A stretch of DNA of 64,000 nucleotides, from positions 85,374,001 through 85,438,000 of the forward strand of contig OZ024742.1 of the NCBI GenBank assembly GCA_964016885.1. Direction: 5' to 3'. This DNA comes from Eledone cirrhosa. Taxonomy: Eukaryota. Positions 58,734-64,000 of the stretch are shown here, one piece after another. The notes under the pieces were generated by a model that ran no database searches, was not told the DNA's origin, and saw only the letters and a program-made list of their open reading frames with translations. Numbering within the stretch: the stretch's first letter is position 1; every line of letters starts with the position of its first letter. The translations under genes were made by a program, and so were the position numbers.

Positions 58734-59402
58734 TATATATATATGCAGAATTAAACAAATCACAAAGCAAAAGACACAGTATAATGAATAAATATATTAG
58801 TTAAACACTTGATATTGTAATAAAGGAGGCTAAACATTTCGGAAACTAGTCCTTCATTAGGAAATAGACTGAGAAATAAAGGATTAATAGAAAGATAGAA
58901 AATGGGAGTAAATATGTGTGTATTCAGTCAGCCATTCTAGAATGTATGTTTGTGTTTGCGTGAATGCATGGGCGCGCGTGCGTTTGTGTGCATATGTGCA
59001 TGATGTTGCGTGTGTGTTATGTTTTGCTCTAGAACTGTGCACTGTATATTTTGAAAACCTGTATCTATTTTCCTAACTGGATATAAACAAATCAAAATAT
59101 TGTGAAAAATCTTCATTAATACTTCCCATCAATTTTTACAAAGATCTCTACGTTATGGTTTAGTTAGACAAATAAGAAAAAAACGTGAAAAGAGAGAAGA
59201 AACGTTGATAAAATACATAACATTGAAGGAGTTAGTTGAGTACATACACTCATCATTGTAAATGAATCATTCTATTTAGATTATCCAGATATCAAATTCG
59301 TTATGCATAAATATTACAGCAGAATAATTCTTCTCATGGTTGAATGCCTGTTTGTTACGAACAACCCAGCTTCACGAGATCATATGAAAGAATATTATTT
59401 AA

Positions 59403-59620
59403 CTAATGTATTGGTACGCGATGGGGCCCAACCACAGCCCCGGCGGACATAATGGAAAAGGCGTTTCCCCGGAGGACGGCAAGGGAGACGCGCTGGAAAA
59501 GCCACTCCAACTCGCGGGGCTCACACCTGGGGCTGGCCAGCTCAGCGCCTATGGTAGTGAGTAAGGAGGTAGCCCTGGGGCCGAGGACACCATAAGTTTC
59601 CACTGCCAGGGGAACGACGT
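59403..59620 (-). mobile_element. CRE-like non-LTR retrotransposon 3' fragment
   Basis: VPLAVETYGVLG..LFQRVSLAVLRGNA, the C-terminus of the restriction-like endonuclease; GC-rich island. Confidence 0.75.
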
Positions 59621-60285
59621 TCTGATTGTCTCCTAACTTCAATATTAATTTCAATAATTACTTCTGTATTATATCTATCTCTGTATCTATCAATCAATCT
59701 ATATAGAAATGTTTACGTATTAAAAATACATAGAACCTCCTCCTATTTTTTCCTCCATAACATGAAGAGTGAATGTGTTAGGAAGCGGGTAAATAAACAG
59801 GCAGTTAATCCACATAATTCTTCAACTTATATTTCTCAGTCTCCAGCCAAAATACTTTTTTATTTTTATTTGTTTATCTATTTATTTTCCTCCTCTTTTC
59901 AAAAGCCATTTACTATCCCACAGAAGATTCACTGTTGCTGTGTTGTCTCACATATTTCTTTCCGGTGGAGAACGTTATGTTGTTATCTTTGTGGTTCGTG
60001 AACTGAGTGGTTTGGATTTTGTCGGGATGTAGGATGGCTGTTTCTTAGTTAAAGAAAAAGCTTTTGATCAGAAGCTCCTGCATATTTCCAGGCTTCTTTG
60101 TTGTGGTTCTTTTGAGAGTGATTTACTTCTGCTTCATATATCACCTATAGATATGGGGTACTGCATTGTTTGCCTTCTACATGAGCATCCATTATGTAGA
60201 AGCCTTTTGCAATTGTTGATGAAGTTGGATTGCATGTATGCATGTTGCATGTATGAATGTATGTATGAAGCAATTTTATGTTATA

Positions 60286-61449
60286 CTAGCAGCAGGACCC
60301 GGCGTTGCGCGGGGTAGGAAACATGAAATAGCAACGCGCATATGCAAATATTGAGGAATGTAGCTGTGTACATTTTGAATTCCCTTATTCTCAGGGAATG
60401 ATTGTTCATCTACTAGAAACGTAGAACACCAGCAGGCAGTATCCAGTAGTAGCGGTGTCAGTGGGTTGATTGCGGAAATCCTGTATGCGAAAGTAGTAAG
60501 TAAGTGTTGTGGGGTGATGTATGTCGTAAGTCTGTTCACGAATTACGTCACATATGCGGAACACACGTTAGTATGACGGAGTGACGTAGTCAATTGTGTG
60601 AAAACCAAGTAGGGATGAACGTGTAAGTAGGGATATTGAGATGACGAAATCAGCGTGGCAACGCAGATGCAGCAGAAGGGGGTCATAGTGCAATTAGCAC
60701 AAACACTGGGCGGCACTGGTTGCACTGTATTTACACAGCAACAAAGGGGCGACATAGGGGGTCACTGCGGAATTAGCACAACCGCTGTTCAGCGTACTTG
60801 CGCAGGACGTTTATAGTGCAGTGTAAGTGCAACAAAAGGGGTCTTAGTAGAAGTAGCACAGACGTGAGTTTTACGGTGTCAATAATACGGCAACGTACAC
60901 AGGGCCCAGATTTGTGCGTGATGAAAGTACGAAGCGTCAACAGGTTGCTGACAAATATTTTAAGGTCCTCCTCATTTCCTCAACCCCACGAAAATGGTCC
61001 AGCTTAAAAGTAAGTAAGTGTTGTGTCCTCTGTTAACTAAACCAATTTCTTTTAATGAAATATTATACGTTACTTACGATGTTTAAGTAGCGTTTATATT
61101 GAAAATGAAAAGGTCATGTAATGACCAATGCTAATTCGCAAATTTCCTAAAGACCGTTAATGGAATCGGAATCCTTTTTCTTCACAGCAATGTGGGGGGA
61201 CTACCTAATGGGTACCGCAAATTTCGAGGAAATCGGTAGGATTATCTTTAAGTAACGCCTAAAAGAATGACTAAAAATGCTTAAAAAATGCGGATTTTCG
61301 CCTAATGCGGACCCTAGGGCAGAAAAAGTTAACATTTTTTCAGCCCATTGCCCTTCAAGAAATATAAGTAACACATGTGTAAAGTTTGAAAAATGTCGGT
61401 TGGGTACTTCTTGTGTTTTACGGATTTATACAGACAGACAGACATCCTC

Positions 61450-61470
<21 letters not shown>
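60286..61470 (-). mobile_element. Non-autonomous Helitron
   Basis: The minus-strand 3' end has the hairpin CCCG-cgcaacgc-CGGG followed by CTAG|T. The 5' end reads TATATAAAACAGAGGATGTCTGTCTGTCTGT. No ORF. Confidence 0.7.
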
Positions 61471-61484
<14 letters not shown>

Positions 61485-61485
<1 letters not shown>

Positions 61486-64000
61486 TAGCAAATGCCTCCC
61501 CCCTCCATTGGACGGTGTTAGTTCTCGGTAGGACTACAGTCTTAATGATGAAATTCCGTTTTGTTGATGTTTAACACGGAGGATAATTTTACGTAATCAA
61601 CTCTTTCAATCAAAAATGAGACGGTATTCAAAATGAGCATGTTTTATTTACAGATATCTGTCATTACAATGTGAAAATAGAGATATATCGAAAATAGAAA
61701 ATAGAGAAAATTGGAAATATCGTTTGGAATGTCATTTAATTGATTGAATGGCTGAAGAATCGATACAAAAAGCATAGACGACAGTTCGGTTGACATGAAG
61801 GCAATCTGTAAGAAACTAAATGTTTAATTGAATTATGAAATAACCTGGGGCATTTGGAAAGCTGTCCATTGAAATGGAAAAATGGTTGATTTCATCAATG
61901 GGCATTTGTTGGAAGAGTAACATTACCTATTGTGAAAAGTAAGTAATCGCAATAAGGATCAACCTGAGGGGGCTTTCAACTCCACGGAAAAACTATTGGA
62001 GGGCTGCCTTGTAAACCACATGTGTTGTCAATCTTCCGGGAGCGTAGTAAAAGAGATTGGCCGAGTTTCCAACTCTTGAACATCCTACATACAGTTGTCC
62101 GTGTGAAAAGCATGGTGTACTGAGGTCCAGCCCAACCACTTTTAGTGACTGCCCCTGGGCTTTGTCAATGGAATGGGGGAATTGGACTCTTTTCATCGAA
62201 AAGACACAGTCAGTTGGAATAAGTAGAACTCTGGAAATAAAAACAGAGTCGCCAGCGCCTTTTCCCGTAATGATTTGTAGCCTCGAGAACGTCATCCAAC
62301 ATTTGTGTTATAACCAAGCGTGTGCCATTGCAAAGCCGAGGAGGTTGCAAGTTTCTCAAGAGTATGATGGGACTTCCAAGTCTTAGGCAGAGTTTATGCG
62401 GTGGCATTCCCGGTGGCTCTTGTAAGTTTAAAAACTCTGTTGGATAAAACGTTACTTGCGTCGTATCCGTAATCGAATCAATCGAAGCATAACATAGCTC
62501 TTGGGAAGGAAGTTGACGAAACAGACATGTGTTAAGAGCTTGGACGGTGGCATTTGTAGGAGTTAAGATGGCCCTTTCACACATCCATTGATGACTGACG
62601 TAATCTGTTGAGAGGTCGGGGTAAACTCTTGTGCAAATGTCCACAAGGATGGAGACGTAGTTACCGATGGTCCTTATGTCAACCAAACCGTTTACCTCGA
62701 TTGGTAAGTTCCCATTACCAACATCCAATAACTTTGAAGCAAAGTAATTATCACCGTCTTGTTGGTAGAGAATCGATCGCATGTTGATGGTTAACTTTCT
62801 TGACTGGACGAAGCGCCAAAGATCAGAATGTTTAATGCAAGCATCTATTTCATCAACTGGTTGGCCTTTTGGGACAATGGGAAGCGTTTGACGGAAATCC
62901 CCAGCAAGAAACAGAACGACGCCACCGAACGGTTTAGAGTTGGAACGCAGGTCTTGTAGCGTTGGATCGATTGCATCAAGTGCATTCTAGTGGGACATTG
63001 TTGCCTCGTCCCAGACATTCAATTTGCATTTTTGAAAGACAGCAGCCTCATCAGAATTAATCTTTATATTGGTGGTCAGATTTTCAACATGACCGATGTT
63101 AAGGGAAGCTTAAATGTTGAATGGACTGTTCTGCCGCTGTCTAGCAGTGTTGCTGCTATTCCTGAAGACGTCATTGCAATGGCAATCTGTCCAGGTTGGC
63201 GAACTTTAGCAAGCAGGGGGTTGAGGAGAAATATCTTTCCTGTGCCACCTAGTGCATCAAGGAAGTGGATGCCACCGCTGGTGTCTTCAAGCATGGTCAA
63301 AGCAAAAGTATAGACATCAGCTTGTTCAACATTCAAAAGTGTTTCTCTTTCTTGAACGTAGGACAGAAGCCTGGCAGCATCGTAGCATGTATCCCTTAGT
63401 AGGGGGCGGTTACAAACAGCCTCATTTTCTCTTTTAGGGGATTCCATACAGTAGTTCTTCAAGGGACGGCCACCCATTTCCAAAAGTATAAGTATATCTT
63501 CTAGAAATATGAGACCGCATGTGTACATTTCAGCTGTAAACTGTAAATTCATGTGTGTAGACGCGAAGCAAGATTGCATTAGGATGTCCAAACATATGCT
63601 GTCGCGATATTTCTCCCAGAAAGACTGTGGATTCTCAAGACTGCAGTATATGAGCATAACGGCGAAAATCTTACGAAGAGCAATTGGTGACCGCAACATT
63701 GATGCTTCATGGAGGGCGTTGTCATAGTGGTTATCATTGTCGAGAAGACCTAATTTGGAGCAGGCCTCCTTTTTAAATGTTGAACAAATATGGCCATTGA
63801 CGGAACGAAGGTCTTCAACGAAAGTTGGACCTTTGACAACGTGCAATAAAAGACGAAAGAATAGAAGGTGAAAGCATTCTGAATTGAGCGGGTTAACTGT
63901 GTACACTCTTGAGAGGGCATCAGACTCACGCATCCAAGCATCCCTTTGTGAAATGCGTCCTCGCTTTCTTCTTTGAAGATTTATTTCACGTGTAGAATGT
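61485..64000 (-). mobile_element. Decayed autonomous-type Helitron, continuing past the window end
   Basis: 3' CTAG|T at 61485 with an imperfect hairpin at 61501-61515; Rep/helicase remnants upstream. Confidence 0.92.
61993..63960 (-). pseudogene. Helitron RepHel PIF1-family helicase, frameshifted
   Basis: RLLLHVVKGPT, GGTGK, SSGIAATLL..GRTVHSTFKLP, VWDE, FGG..AGDFRQ, LLRNL.PPRLCNGTR, KAQGQSL..FSHGQLYVGCSRV. Confidence 0.95.

Overview
AT-rich, repeat-dominated animal DNA. I could not confidently identify any host gene. The tRNA-derived SINE resembles, from memory, one abundant in octopus genomes, so an octopod cephalopod source is inferred but not proven. The window holds decayed Penelope-like elements (PLEs; RT plus GIY-YIG), RTE, CR1/Jockey-group, R4-like and CRE-like LINE fragments, five SINE copies, a Helitron Rep/PIF1 pseudogene with a non-autonomous Helitron, and many (TA)n/(CA)n tracts. 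The main signal is that many short segments between (TA)n tracts are non-coding mini-elements from several unrelated families carrying minimal type I hammerhead ribozymes (HHRs), some intact and some decayed. They occur as fold-back insertions with both tails in TA tracts, or as 1.2-2 tandem or circularly permuted units of about 320-590 bp. This suggests a diverse population of retrozyme-like, PLE-dependent RNAs that target (TA)n. All ribozyme folds were derived by eye, and boundaries of decayed elements are approximate.
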